Below, piece after piece: positions 1 through 9,806 of a DNA stretch of 64,000 nucleotides. Source of the stretch: an uncultured bacterium. GTDB taxonomy: Bacteria > Babelota > Babeliae > Babelales > RVW-14. The notes under the pieces are model-generated. The model was not told where the DNA came from. It saw only the letters and a list, made by a program, of their open reading frames with translations, and made no database searches. Where the stretch lies: contig CAVXAT010000008.1 in NCBI GenBank assembly GCA_963759805.1, forward strand, positions 1-64,000, written 5' to 3'. The translations under genes and the position numbers were made by a program. The first letter of the stretch is position 1; each line of letters begins with the position of its first letter.

Positions 1-120
1 AAAGCAGCAAAAATATACACCCGAAAACCTCCTGTATCTTGCTCATTGTATTATAGGCCCCATTATTTTAGGCTATTCGTTTGCACAAGACTCTTTATGC
101 ACAAATTTTAATTATTAGGA

Positions 121-781
121 TTATTTAATCTTCTTTACAACTTTGTGCCCTGGCGTCTTTTTAATTTCTCCAGCCTTTTGCTCGCTTTCTTTGAACGCAT
201 GATTGACTTGATCTACAGCATCTTGCGTAGCTATGGATTTCTTGAACTCTATCTTACTTAAAGTTGAAAGCTTCCATGCCTTGTCCGCACCGGTATTAAT
301 CTCAATGGCACTTAACTGAACCTTTTTGGGAATCAAAATATTCTCAAGCGTAACCCCTGTATCAAAAACCACTTTGGCAAGAACAAATTCTTCCGAAGTA
401 TTATCTTGTTTTTTATACTTATTGCTTTTAAAGGCCGAATTTATAATCTGAATCTCTTTAATTTTTGCTATATCCAAATCCGTAACTGAAAAATCCCCCT
501 CCGTCTCGTTCTTTATCCCACCAAGTTTGGTGCTACCTCCAAATGAAATCTCTTTAACATCGTAAATAACTTTGGGATTTCCTTGTGCGTCAAGTTCCCC
601 TCCAAAAATTTTCGCCTCAAAAATACCCTGTCCTTCTTGCAGCGGACACAAATTTTAAATCATCCAAATCAGCCGAAGAAACCCCTCCTGAGGAACCAGG
701 CCCACGTATATCCATAGCTGAAAAGATCGCAAGGCAAACACATAATGAAAATAATTTTAGTAAATTGGAACAATAATACAT
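121..781 (-). pseudogene. Secreted hypothetical protein split by an apparent +1 frameshift near 650
   Basis: ORF 617..874 has ATG at 781 and a signal-peptide-like start (MYYCSNLLKLFSLCVCLAIFSA). Removing one T near 650 joins it to ORF 121..651 (DLKLCPLQEG...). Could be a sequencing error. Confidence 0.5.
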
Positions 782-879
782 AAAAAATCTCCTTTCTCCT
801 AACAGTTTTAAAACTTTAGCCGTAAGGTAACAATTTTTATTTAAAAAATACAAGAATTTTAAAATAAGTTCCAATAAGC

Positions 880-3429
880 TTAAAATAAATTCATTGTAAT
901 ATTGTCATCGATATCTTGAGATTGCACCGAATCAGGCTCGGGTTGTGCAGAATCAAAACTTACCGGTTTTCCGGATTTGGATTTTTTTCGGTGCTGTTTT
1001 TCATGCGGGTGATCACAACAGGCAGATGAATTTTCATGTAAATTTTCATGCGTGACGGCTGCACCGATCGATTCAGGAGCACCCGATTCAAGACGCACTT
1101 GTTCAAGAACCACCGGTTCGAGTATTAACTTTGGAGCCTGTGCTTTAAGCTCAACATTATTTAAACTATTTTTAGTCAATTTTTCAGCATGATTTGAAAA
1201 ACCAAGTTCAATTACCTTATCAATAAATTCCATCGGCTTCATACCACACTCTGCCGCTTGATGGAAGATACAGGTTGCAGGAGTCATTCCGGGTAATGTG
1301 TTAAATTCTAGGATCACAACTCGAGGCTTACCTGTTTTGCTCTGGGTTCCATCTTGATAAAAACAGTCAATCCTAGCATATCCGACACATCCGACAAATT
1401 TGTACGCCTCAACCATTATATTTTTAACAAACTCAAGCGTAGCAACCGGAAGATTTGCTGGAGTCTGATTTTCTCCCGCACCGGGTAAAAACTTCTCTTC
1501 AATTGAAAGTATGTCGTTTTTGGCTACAGTTTGGGATGGGACAAGGGCTCTGACGTCTTTATCGTTCCCAATTACACCGCAAGTCAACTCCGTACCAACA
1601 ATAAGCTCCTCAATCATTGCATTTGTTTTTCCTGATTGAACAAAGTACTGATCAATAAGATCAATGGCATCACCACGATTTTTGATTTTTTTAACAAATA
1701 CACTGCATCCGTCATCATGGGGTTTTAGAACAAGTGGATAATGATAATCTTTTAAATTTGAATCGATATATTCGTTTTTTTCTTCAACCGATTTTTCCTG
1801 CCAAGCTTGAAGTGGAATTAAGAAAGAGTCCGGAACATCAAATCCATGTGAACGTAAAAAATTGTTAGTTTTAAATTTGTCCATGCAAAGTGCACTGGCC
1901 AACACACCAGAACCGTTGTAAGGAAGGGCCAACATCTCTAGTGCCCCCTGAACTCCTCCTCCCTCACCAAGGCCACCATGCAGACCAATAAATACAAAAT
2001 CACAAATGTTAGGTAGTTCTGACCAAGAGACTTTTTGCGCCTTATCAAGCATACTTGATATCCCACGAGTAGAATTCTTAATCAACAAACGCTGATCTAA
2101 CTTATACAACTCATGCAAATTAGTAACAAAAAGTGGTATACATTCATATTTTTGGGGAGAAAGTTTATAGCAGATGTTTCTTCCGGATTCAAGCGAAATT
2201 TCACGTTCATTTGTGGCACCGCCTAACAACACTGCTACTCGTATTTTTTCCCCGCCACGTTTATTTGTTTCCACAGAATTTTCCCCCTTGCTACCGTCAC
2301 CGGTAAATTCGAGCATTCCTGCTAATTTTAGTTCGGTTTCGATTAAATAATTGATCAGTTGAGTGTGACTCATTCCATACTCTGCAGCCTGATGGAATAA
2401 AAACGTTGAAGGAGACATTCCCGTCAAAGTGTTCGGATCAATTAAAATGACCCTCCCGTCTTTAGTTAAAAAGCCATCAATACGCGAAATAGTTGAAAAA
2501 TTCAAAAGAATAGATGCTTTTATACATGTTTGTGAAATTTTTTGCAAATCCTGATCCGAACAACGAGCAGGTGTAATTTTTGTTGCACGGCCGGGCATAT
2601 ACTTTTGTTCGTAATCATATATACTCTGCTCTTCCGGAACAACTTCCGTTATCGGAAAAGTAAACCACTCTGCATCTATCTTTTCATTTCGCTTAATAGC
2701 TCGCTGCAAGCAGACGCAAACAAACTCCATGCCTTCAATTTTTTCTTCAATAATGACATCCTGAACTCTACGATCGTCGACATATGCAGCTTTTTTAATT
2801 GCGGGAATAAGCTCATCTTCTGTTAAAACTTTTGATACTCCAAGACTGGAACCTTCGTGAATAGGTTTTACTATGCAGGGCAACTTGGTTCCAGCTTTTT
2901 CAAGTCTAAGCAAAATGTCTTTGGTACTTAAAGAATTTGCTTCAGTCAAAGAATCAACTTCAGATTTATTAACAGTAATACCGGGGGCAACATCAATCCC
3001 ATTGGCCCTAAAAATCTCTTTCTGAACAAATTTGTTCATGCCAAGGGCACTGCCAAAAATTTTACTGCCCAGATATGGAATGTTCAAAATCTCAAGCATG
3101 CCTTGAATTGTACCATCTTCAGCAAAACGGCCATGTACGGCAAGATAAACAAAGTCGACCAAACTTCTCAGCTCATCCCAAGTAATTTTTTGAGCCTCTT
3201 TTGCCAATCGTGACTGAAAATCTGCAATCTTTCCACGATGCAAAAAATGCCATGGTAGACTGTACAAAGTTCCATCTTCATCTTGAAATAATGGAATAAC
3301 CTCGTACTTACCAGTATCCAAATGGTCGCAAATTGTGCGACCGGAATTTAATGAGACTTCCCGTTCAATTGATTTACCACCAAAGAATACCCCCACTTTA
3401 AGCTTAGCTGCCGTGTTTAAAACTTGCAT
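880..3429 (-). CDS. ddl: D-alanine--D-alanine ligase with two tandem Ddl (ATP-grasp) modules and a low-complexity C-terminal tail
   Basis: Two sets of Ddl motifs: GGKSIEREVSLNSG / HGRFAEDG / KPIHEGSSLG / RIDGF, then GGATNEREISLESG / HGGLGEGG / KPHDDGCS / RIDCF / EFNTLPG. Confidence 0.9.
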   Translation of the reverse strand: MQVLNTAAKLKVGVFFGGKSIEREVSLNSGRTICDHLDTGKYEVIPLFQDEDGTLYSLPWHFLHRGKIADFQSRLAKEAQKITWDELRSLVDFVYLAVHGRFAEDGTIQGMLEILNIPYLGSKIFGSALGMNKFVQKEIFRANGIDVAPGITVNKSEVDSLTEANSLSTKDILLRLEKAGTKLPCIVKPIHEGSSLGVSKVLTEDELIPAIKKAAYVDDRRVQDVIIEEKIEGMEFVCVCLQRAIKRNEKIDAEWFTFPITEVVPEEQSIYDYEQKYMPGRATKITPARCSDQDLQKISQTCIKASILLNFSTISRIDGFLTKDGRVILIDPNTLTGMSPSTFLFHQAAEYGMSHTQLINYLIETELKLAGMLEFTGDGSKGENSVETNKRGGEKIRVAVLLGGATNEREISLESGRNICYKLSPQKYECIPLFVTNLHELYKLDQRLLIKNSTRGISSMLDKAQKVSWSELPNICDFVFIGLHGGLGEGGGVQGALEMLALPYNGSGVLASALCMDKFKTNNFLRSHGFDVPDSFLIPLQAWQEKSVEEKNEYIDSNLKDYHYPLVLKPHDDGCSVFVKKIKNRGDAIDLIDQYFVQSGKTNAMIEELIVGTELTCGVIGNDKDVRALVPSQTVAKNDILSIEEKFLPGAGENQTPANLPVATLEFVKNIMVEAYKFVGCVGYARIDCFYQDGTQSKTGKPRVVILEFNTLPGMTPATCIFHQAAECGMKPMEFIDKVIELGFSNHAEKLTKNSLNNVELKAQAPKLILEPVVLEQVRLESGAPESIGAAVTHENLHENSSACCDHPHEKQHRKKSKSGKPVSFDSAQPEPDSVQSQDIDDNITMNLF

Positions 3430-3488
3430 CTAACGCCTTCCCAATCTTGAAACATGACTGTTACTTTAAAATTTAAAAACTTAATCTA

Positions 3489-3752
3489 ATGCGAGTTCGG
3501 TAACTCTAAAATTAAAGCGCAATGGATTGTGCAGTGTTTTGGTAATACTGTGTCATGCTGAACTAGTTTCAGCATCCATGGATAAATTTATTCCAAATTT
3601 TTGTAATTGAGCAATAGGAGCAACTAATCCATGGATCCCAGCCGTCGCTAAAGCTATGGCGGGCAGGCCTGAAATAAATTCAGGATGACAGACCTCTGGT
3701 CAGAAGCTACTTTTAACATCCACAGCCCTTTTACTAATTATCGAACTTGCGT
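3489..3752. mobile_element. MITE-like element A: IS982-like terminal inverted repeats, 7-bp target duplication TAATCTA, nested palindromic core
   Basis: Left end ATGCGAGTTCGGTAA, right end TTATCGAACTTGCGT; TAATCTA at 3482-3488 and 3753-3759; core TGTCATGCTGAAC...TTCAGGATGACA at 3551-3690 with a 31-nt hairpin insert at 3637-3667. Confidence 0.75.
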
Positions 3753-3764
3753 TAATCTATCAAT

Positions 3765-4460
3765 TTAAGTAGGTTTTAACATTTCGTAAAGCTCTTTTAA
3801 TGCTTTAACCGGATTTTTTTCAGAAAAAATAGATGACCCGACAACAACGGCATCGATGCCAAGCCCTGAAAGCATTTTTATGTTATCTTTGCCAATTCCA
3901 CCATCCATATAAATTTTAAAGTTTTCATTTTGAGTATTTCTGTAGGCAATGACTCTTTTAACCTTTTCAATAACCTCCGGCATAAACGTCTGTCCGGCAA
4001 AGCCCGGTTTTACAGACATTATAAGAATTTTGTCAAAAAGATTAAGATGCGATGCCACAAGAGAGATATTTGTGTGGGGATCATATATGTGAGTGTGTGG
4101 ATTAAAGGCCATTCCAACCTGCCAACCCTTTGCCTTAACTTTATCAACTAAATCTTTCATGGGCTTGAAACATTCAAATGCCTCGTAATGAAATATAAAT
4201 ACATCCTTCTTACTAAGATCCAATCTATCAACCCAACATTTTGGATGATCAACCATCAAGTGTACGTGGATTGGCTTGTGTGTTGCTTGTGCAATTGCAT
4301 TCACGAAATCCGGACCCATTGTTAAATTTGGAACAAAGTGATCATCCATAACGTCAATGTGGTAACCATCACAGTGTTCATCTAAATCAGAGATAACTTT
4401 TGCCAGATTTAGCAAATCTGCACACATCAGAGAAGGGTATATTTCCATTATCTTGGACAT
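3765..4460 (-). CDS. rpe: Ribulose-phosphate 3-epimerase
   Basis: PSLMCAD, HIDVMDDHFVPNLTMG, HVHLMV, MSVKPGFAGQ and DGGI motifs. Confidence 0.95.
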   Translation of the reverse strand: MSKIMEIYPSLMCADLLNLAKVISDLDEHCDGYHIDVMDDHFVPNLTMGPDFVNAIAQATHKPIHVHLMVDHPKCWVDRLDLSKKDVFIFHYEAFECFKPMKDLVDKVKAKGWQVGMAFNPHTHIYDPHTNISLVASHLNLFDKILIMSVKPGFAGQTFMPEVIEKVKRVIAYRNTQNENFKIYMDGGIGKDNIKMLSGLGIDAVVVGSSIFSEKNPVKALKELYEMLKPT

Positions 4461-4488
4461 TAGAATTCCTAAATTTTAAGGCTAAATT

Positions 4489-6171
4489 TTAATATCTTTC
4501 TTTTATTAAAACACTCTTGCCCTGAAAAGCAATCCCAAGCTTCAAAATTTTCTTGATACCAAAAGCGTTCAATTCTTGTGCATATTTTTTATCTTCGATC
4601 TGCTCCAACGCTGCAACAACAGCTTGCTCAAGTGTCTCTTTCTGATATTGACTTCTTTTTTTGAATTCGATTATAATACCAAGTTTATTCTTGTCATTTG
4701 GAATTAACATGACATCATAGCGCCCCAATCCACTCTCTCTATTTGATCTTATAACATATTCATTGCCCAAACTCACAAGCATTCCAAGCACAAACGCGTG
4801 ATAAAATTTTTCAGGCTCTTGTCCACTAACATCAAACATGCTAAAACTTTTCAGCACAAAATCAGTAAAAAGTTCTTTAAATTTTTCTACTTCGCCTGAG
4901 ATAAGACTATTGAGCATCAGATTGTAACGCTTCTCCCCAATATTATTTTTACACCAACTGTTAATAACATTTCTGTAAAACCATGCTACTTCATCATTAG
5001 GAATCAACAAATCGGCGTATTTTTGACCATTCTCAACGGCAGCATTTTTAAATGTCAGATATCCACTAAAAATTAAAAAGCTCCAAACAGCATTTGTAGC
5101 CTTGTTTTCCACCAAGTCTGCAAACACAATATTTTCTTCTATTGCCTTACGTATCGATTCTCTTTTTATTAAAGCCTCAAAATCTTCTTTGAGCTCATCA
5201 CTTCCATGTTGAATTAAGTCCTTAACAATATCATTGCTACTGGTATTAACCCAAAATGGCTCAAATTCACCGTTATTTTTAATCAGATTTATAATCGACC
5301 AAGGGTTATAAACATTGATTTTACTCCCGGTTGCATAACCGTTATACCAAGATTTAACATCTTCAATTTTATTTGAAAGATTATAATGGGCCATTGCATC
5401 TGCAACTTCTGTTTCCGTCATTCCAAATTTATCAGAATACAAAGATGATAGCATCGAGCAAACGCTCAAATTATTTAATCCGCTAAAAATACTCTCTTTG
5501 GCAATACGTAAAATGCCTGTGATTACGGAGAATTGAAGAGAAGCGTTGTCCTTTAGCCCTCCACTCAAAAATCCTCTGGAAAAACTAATTATCTTATCAT
5601 AATATTTGTGATAAAAACCTGCCTGAATTGGAGTATCGTATTCATCAATTAGAATAATTGGATTTTGTTTGTGGTATTTTGCAAGACTCTCAGATAGATT
5701 CTTTAACGAATTTTGATAAACAGTCATACTTGCAATTCTGTTAATTATATTTTCAAAGTCTTTTTTTTGAGTGGAGTCTAAAACATCACTTGAAAGCAAA
5801 TAATTATGTCGACGAAATTCTTCGCTTATGAGCTGCACAAGCATGTTATAGCAATCATTCCAGTTATACTGCTTCACATCTTTAAATGTCAAAAATATCA
5901 CAGGATATTTGCCCTGATTAGCCATAAATTCATGATGCTTAGAAATTTTTAGTCCGTCAAAGAGTCCTATGTTCGATGTTGTTGTTTTTTCGAAAAAATA
6001 TTTCAACATGGACAAGTTTGTGGTTTTCCCAAATCTACGGGGACGGGGGATCAATGTAGCCGCAGCACCTGAATCAAAAATTTCTTTAATAAATAGACTT
6101 TTATCAACGAAGTAGTAATCGCCGGATCTTATTATTCCAAAGTCACTTATGCCAACAGGTAATTTTTGCAT
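4489..6171 (-). CDS. AAA-ATPase-like protein with C-terminal PD-(D/E)XK (PDDEXK_9-type) nuclease domain
   Basis: LPVGISDF, RPRRFGKT, LIDEYDTP, YNPWS, SNRESGLGRYD, IIEFK; start moved to ATG 6171, which has a GGGAG RBS. Confidence 0.85.
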   Translation of the reverse strand: MQKLPVGISDFGIIRSGDYYFVDKSLFIKEIFDSGAAATLIPRPRRFGKTTNLSMLKYFFEKTTTSNIGLFDGLKISKHHEFMANQGKYPVIFLTFKDVKQYNWNDCYNMLVQLISEEFRRHNYLLSSDVLDSTQKKDFENIINRIASMTVYQNSLKNLSESLAKYHKQNPIILIDEYDTPIQAGFYHKYYDKIISFSRGFLSGGLKDNASLQFSVITGILRIAKESIFSGLNNLSVCSMLSSLYSDKFGMTETEVADAMAHYNLSNKIEDVKSWYNGYATGSKINVYNPWSIINLIKNNGEFEPFWVNTSSNDIVKDLIQHGSDELKEDFEALIKRESIRKAIEENIVFADLVENKATNAVWSFLIFSGYLTFKNAAVENGQKYADLLIPNDEVAWFYRNVINSWCKNNIGEKRYNLMLNSLISGEVEKFKELFTDFVLKSFSMFDVSGQEPEKFYHAFVLGMLVSLGNEYVIRSNRESGLGRYDVMLIPNDKNKLGIIIEFKKRSQYQKETLEQAVVAALEQIEDKKYAQELNAFGIKKILKLGIAFQGKSVLIKERY

Positions 6172-6246
6172 AAACGCACTCCCGTTATTCAACTCCACCA
6201 TTACAATAAGATTTTGTTTGATCCAGTATAACATCAAACATAGTTT

Positions 6247-7062
6247 CTAATTTATTCTACACCCCATCCTAACTTCAGATTCTCTATCATGTAAAGAATT
6301 TTGGATAAAAGTTTCACTTGGAATAATCACACCATTTTTAAAGATCATAACAATGCTGGAGCCACCGAATGCAAAGTAGCCTAATTCATCACCTTTTCGT
6401 TGAAACTTTTTTGGGTCGTAAGTTTCAACAATCTTGCCCACAAGCATTGCCCCAACGGGGACAAAAAGAACTTTGCCAAATTTTTCTGAATTCAAAACAA
6501 TTAAATGGCGTTCATTTTGGGTCAAGGGCTGAACACCTGATTTATAAACTACCGAATTCACTGACTCAAGTTTGCCGTTAATAATTTTAGGTTCGCCGGC
6601 AACACAATCAAATGGAAAATGAAATCTGTGGTAATCAGCGGGGGCTAACCTGAAAAGAAACAGCGTCCCGCCGGCAAATTCGTCTGCCAAATTTTTATCG
6701 TGTAAAAAAAGAGCAAGATCAAATGTGCACTTTTTAACAAAGAAATAAGTTTGCGCGTTTATTTCTGAAATAACCAAAAGCTTGCTGTCTGCGGGACAAG
6801 CTACCGAATCAAGATTTTGATCAATAACTCTTTTATTTGGCTTTAATTTTCGATAAAAAAATTCATTAAAAGTTTTATATCCACCCTCAGGAACAACATA
6901 TTGCGACATATCAATTTTGTTGCGCTTAATAAATGATTCAATAAAATATCGACTAAATTTTGAACCTGCAAATACACCCCAAATCCGAGAAAACCAAGGG
7001 GAGGTTATTGGAAGGCGAATCTGCCTTCCAATAAAATTTTGATAAAGAAATTTAAGCATCAT
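6247..7062 (-). CDS. psd: Phosphatidylserine decarboxylase proenzyme
   Basis: FNEFFYRKLK, PADS, RLAPADYHRFHFP and the FGGSS self-cleavage motif. Confidence 0.9.
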   Translation of the reverse strand: MMLKFLYQNFIGRQIRLPITSPWFSRIWGVFAGSKFSRYFIESFIKRNKIDMSQYVVPEGGYKTFNEFFYRKLKPNKRVIDQNLDSVACPADSKLLVISEINAQTYFFVKKCTFDLALFLHDKNLADEFAGGTLFLFRLAPADYHRFHFPFDCVAGEPKIINGKLESVNSVVYKSGVQPLTQNERHLIVLNSEKFGKVLFVPVGAMLVGKIVETYDPKKFQRKGDELGYFAFGGSSIVMIFKNGVIIPSETFIQNSLHDRESEVRMGCRIN

Positions 7063-7065
7063 CTC

Positions 7066-9561
7066 CTACCAGGCGTAATTCATACTCAGGTGGAATTCGT
7101 AAGCAGATTCGTGAAGATTCTTTTTACGGTCAAGCTTGAAACCCCAGTCTATTTTGGCGGGGAAAGGATTAACTAAATTTACACCAAAACCAATTGAATG
7201 TCGTAAATCAAACTTATCCCGTATGATAAAGGCTTCTGGATCCCTTACCCCATTGGTTGGAGTACTCCAACCGGCACCTGCATCATAGAACACATGCCCC
7301 TTCATTGAATAATCCGCAATCAGTGGAAATATGAGCTCCGTACCGAACAAAAGTCCGTTTCTTGCGCCAAGTGGTGCATCGGTAGACTTCCATGCAGGTC
7401 CAACTCCACCCCATAAAAATCCTCTTACAGTATCTTGACCACCCATTTGATAAAGTTCCTTGTACGGTATATTACGACCATTTAAACTGCTAACACGTCC
7501 CCCTCTGGCTCGCATTGCAAGTACAAGCGAATCCTGTCCGATCAACGCATAATACCAACTGGCCTCCAATTCAGCTTTGAAGAATCCAAAATTGTTGTTG
7601 ATTGTTGTTGGAGCAAGTTTTGTAGATAAAATAACTTTGTATCCATCATTTGGATAAACTTGATGATTACGAGTGTCCTTAACAAAATCAAGGCCAATCC
7701 AGGTTAAATCACCATTTTGAAACCTTCTGTAAACAATGGGCGCAATCGGATTTGCATTTCCACCATAAACCTTTGGTTTATCCCCACCGATATGTTCATA
7801 CCCAGTATCAAGAATTACCTGTAATCGCTTATCAACTTTGGTCAGTGGAAAACCAAGACGCAAATTAAATCCTGCAACTTTCTGAATTGGTTTATGATTA
7901 ACAGAATTTCCCCAAGAGTCATACTCCATCCAACGCCAGTATGGATTTACAAATGCAGAAACATTTGTGTCAAAAATATGAGAATCTGCAAAACTTCCTT
8001 CTAATCGTTGCAAATGATGTTTGCTTGCTTGAACCATGGCTTTAACATCGTAGCCAAGTCCAAATAAATTATCTTTTTCAACATTAATAGAACCATGCAG
8101 GGAAGGTTGAGGAGTAATTTTATCACTACCATAACTGATTGCAACATTGGCATGTCCCGTTTTAGCCTCTTGAACCATCATCTCAAGATCAGCCAAATCA
8201 TCTGTGATGCGGTGAATTTTCCAATCCACAGCACCTCGCTCGAAATACCCAAGGTACTCTACCTGATTTTTCGACCTACGCATATTTTTGCTTGTGATAA
8301 GATCTCCTTCGTCAATATCAAGTTGACGACGAATGACTTTATCATGAGTATATTTGTTTCCGGTAATCTCAATCTTGTTAACATACATTCTGTTGCCACG
8401 CTCAACATTTAAAGTTACGTCAACAACATTTTTATCTTCATCAGGTTTAATTTGGGGATAAACATCGGCATTGATATAACCCTTTTTACCCCATAACTCT
8501 CGAATTAAATTAATAGATTCCACAAGTTTTGCCTGCGAAAATGGTTTGCCCGACTCCAGGCTTACCAGCGGCATAAGTTCATCTTCGCCATAAATTTCGT
8601 CACCGGGCGCATGAATATCACGAACTATAAATTGGGGACCTTCTTGAATATAGAATGTTACGCAAACATCCTTTTCATTCCTAGAAAAATCAACTTTACT
8701 TTTATAAACCTTTGTCTGCAGGTAACCATTATCTCGATAAAAGTACTCGAGACGATGCTTATCTATCTCCACGGCATCTTCAGCATAAGACCCGGCACCA
8801 TCAGAAAAGCTACCTATCCAATCCTCACGAGTGGAGATAACTTTGCGTAACTTGCGATCTGGAATATGTTTATTTCCGGAAAAATAAACTCTTTTAACTA
8901 GGGACTTTGGCCCTTCATCGATCTTAAATAGTAAAACAACCTTATCAGCATTATCTTCGCTTGGAATAAGCTCAAATTCTACCCGAAGCTTGTGACGATT
9001 CTCTTCCAGATACGCCTTTTTTATCTCTTTAATTAATTTTTGTGCTGAAATTTCATCAATCGTACTAATTTTATCAACATTTAACTCTTCTCTTAATTTC
9101 TTAGCGGTAACGGCCCTGTTGCCTTTAAACTCTACTTTTTCAACCAGCTTTTTTTCTTCAACAATAACAATTAAGTTCATTAATTCGGACGAAAGCTGTT
9201 CACCTTGTAGTTCTACCTGTCTGAAATATCCGACATCACATAGATTATTGATAGCATCGGCACTTTTTGTCGAATCAAAAACATCCCCAATTTTATATGG
9301 AATTCTATTCAAAATAACAGGCGTTCCAACATTTTTATTACCCCTGACAATAATCTGATTAATCACCATTTTTGGGGGCTTTTTTTCATCGGAACTCGAT
9401 TCAACTGACACATCAGACTCGGACAAATTTGGATCTGCCTGACTTTGCTCGAGTGGATCCTGCTCTGATTCAGCTTCAATGAACTCAAAACTTGAGGTCA
9501 AAAAAAACAGACTCGCTATCGAAAAAACGACATTTAATATTTTTTTACTTTTAACCATCAT
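7066..9561 (-). CDS. bamA: Outer membrane protein assembly factor BamA
   Basis: Repeated POTRA domains (GN motifs), VRGF motif (GGQDTVRGF), C-terminal aromatic beta strand. Confidence 0.93.
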   Translation of the reverse strand: MMVKSKKILNVVFSIASLFFLTSSFEFIEAESEQDPLEQSQADPNLSESDVSVESSSDEKKPPKMVINQIIVRGNKNVGTPVILNRIPYKIGDVFDSTKSADAINNLCDVGYFRQVELQGEQLSSELMNLIVIVEEKKLVEKVEFKGNRAVTAKKLREELNVDKISTIDEISAQKLIKEIKKAYLEENRHKLRVEFELIPSEDNADKVVLLFKIDEGPKSLVKRVYFSGNKHIPDRKLRKVISTREDWIGSFSDGAGSYAEDAVEIDKHRLEYFYRDNGYLQTKVYKSKVDFSRNEKDVCVTFYIQEGPQFIVRDIHAPGDEIYGEDELMPLVSLESGKPFSQAKLVESINLIRELWGKKGYINADVYPQIKPDEDKNVVDVTLNVERGNRMYVNKIEITGNKYTHDKVIRRQLDIDEGDLITSKNMRRSKNQVEYLGYFERGAVDWKIHRITDDLADLEMMVQEAKTGHANVAISYGSDKITPQPSLHGSINVEKDNLFGLGYDVKAMVQASKHHLQRLEGSFADSHIFDTNVSAFVNPYWRWMEYDSWGNSVNHKPIQKVAGFNLRLGFPLTKVDKRLQVILDTGYEHIGGDKPKVYGGNANPIAPIVYRRFQNGDLTWIGLDFVKDTRNHQVYPNDGYKVILSTKLAPTTINNNFGFFKAELEASWYYALIGQDSLVLAMRARGGRVSSLNGRNIPYKELYQMGGQDTVRGFLWGGVGPAWKSTDAPLGARNGLLFGTELIFPLIADYSMKGHVFYDAGAGWSTPTNGVRDPEAFIIRDKFDLRHSIGFGVNLVNPFPAKIDWGFKLDRKKNLHESAYEFHLSMNYAW

Positions 9562-9601
9562 TCACTTCTCCTGCACGACAGATTGATCAATTGATAAAAA
9601 A

Positions 9602-9806
9602 GAGGTGCTGTAGGTTTCTATGATACCCTGTCAGCAAAAAAAAGCTACGTTTTATTGAAATTTATTGAAATAATCATATCTAGTTCTATAGACTATTTTT
9701 AGATGAAGCGATTTAAAAATCGTAAAATTGGGGAAGAGGGGGATTTTCAATGCTAAAAACTAAACGACCTTTATTACTTTTAATTGGTACGTTTGGAGTA
9801 GCGCAT
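9602..9806 (+). repeat. Direct repeat copy 1 of a ~205-bp divergent promoter/RBS/signal-peptide-start block
   Basis: Near-identical to 14507-14711 (GAGGTGCTGTAGGTTTCTATG...GTACGTTTGGA..GCAT); an extra matching piece lies at 9561-9576 vs 14487-14502. Confidence 0.9.
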
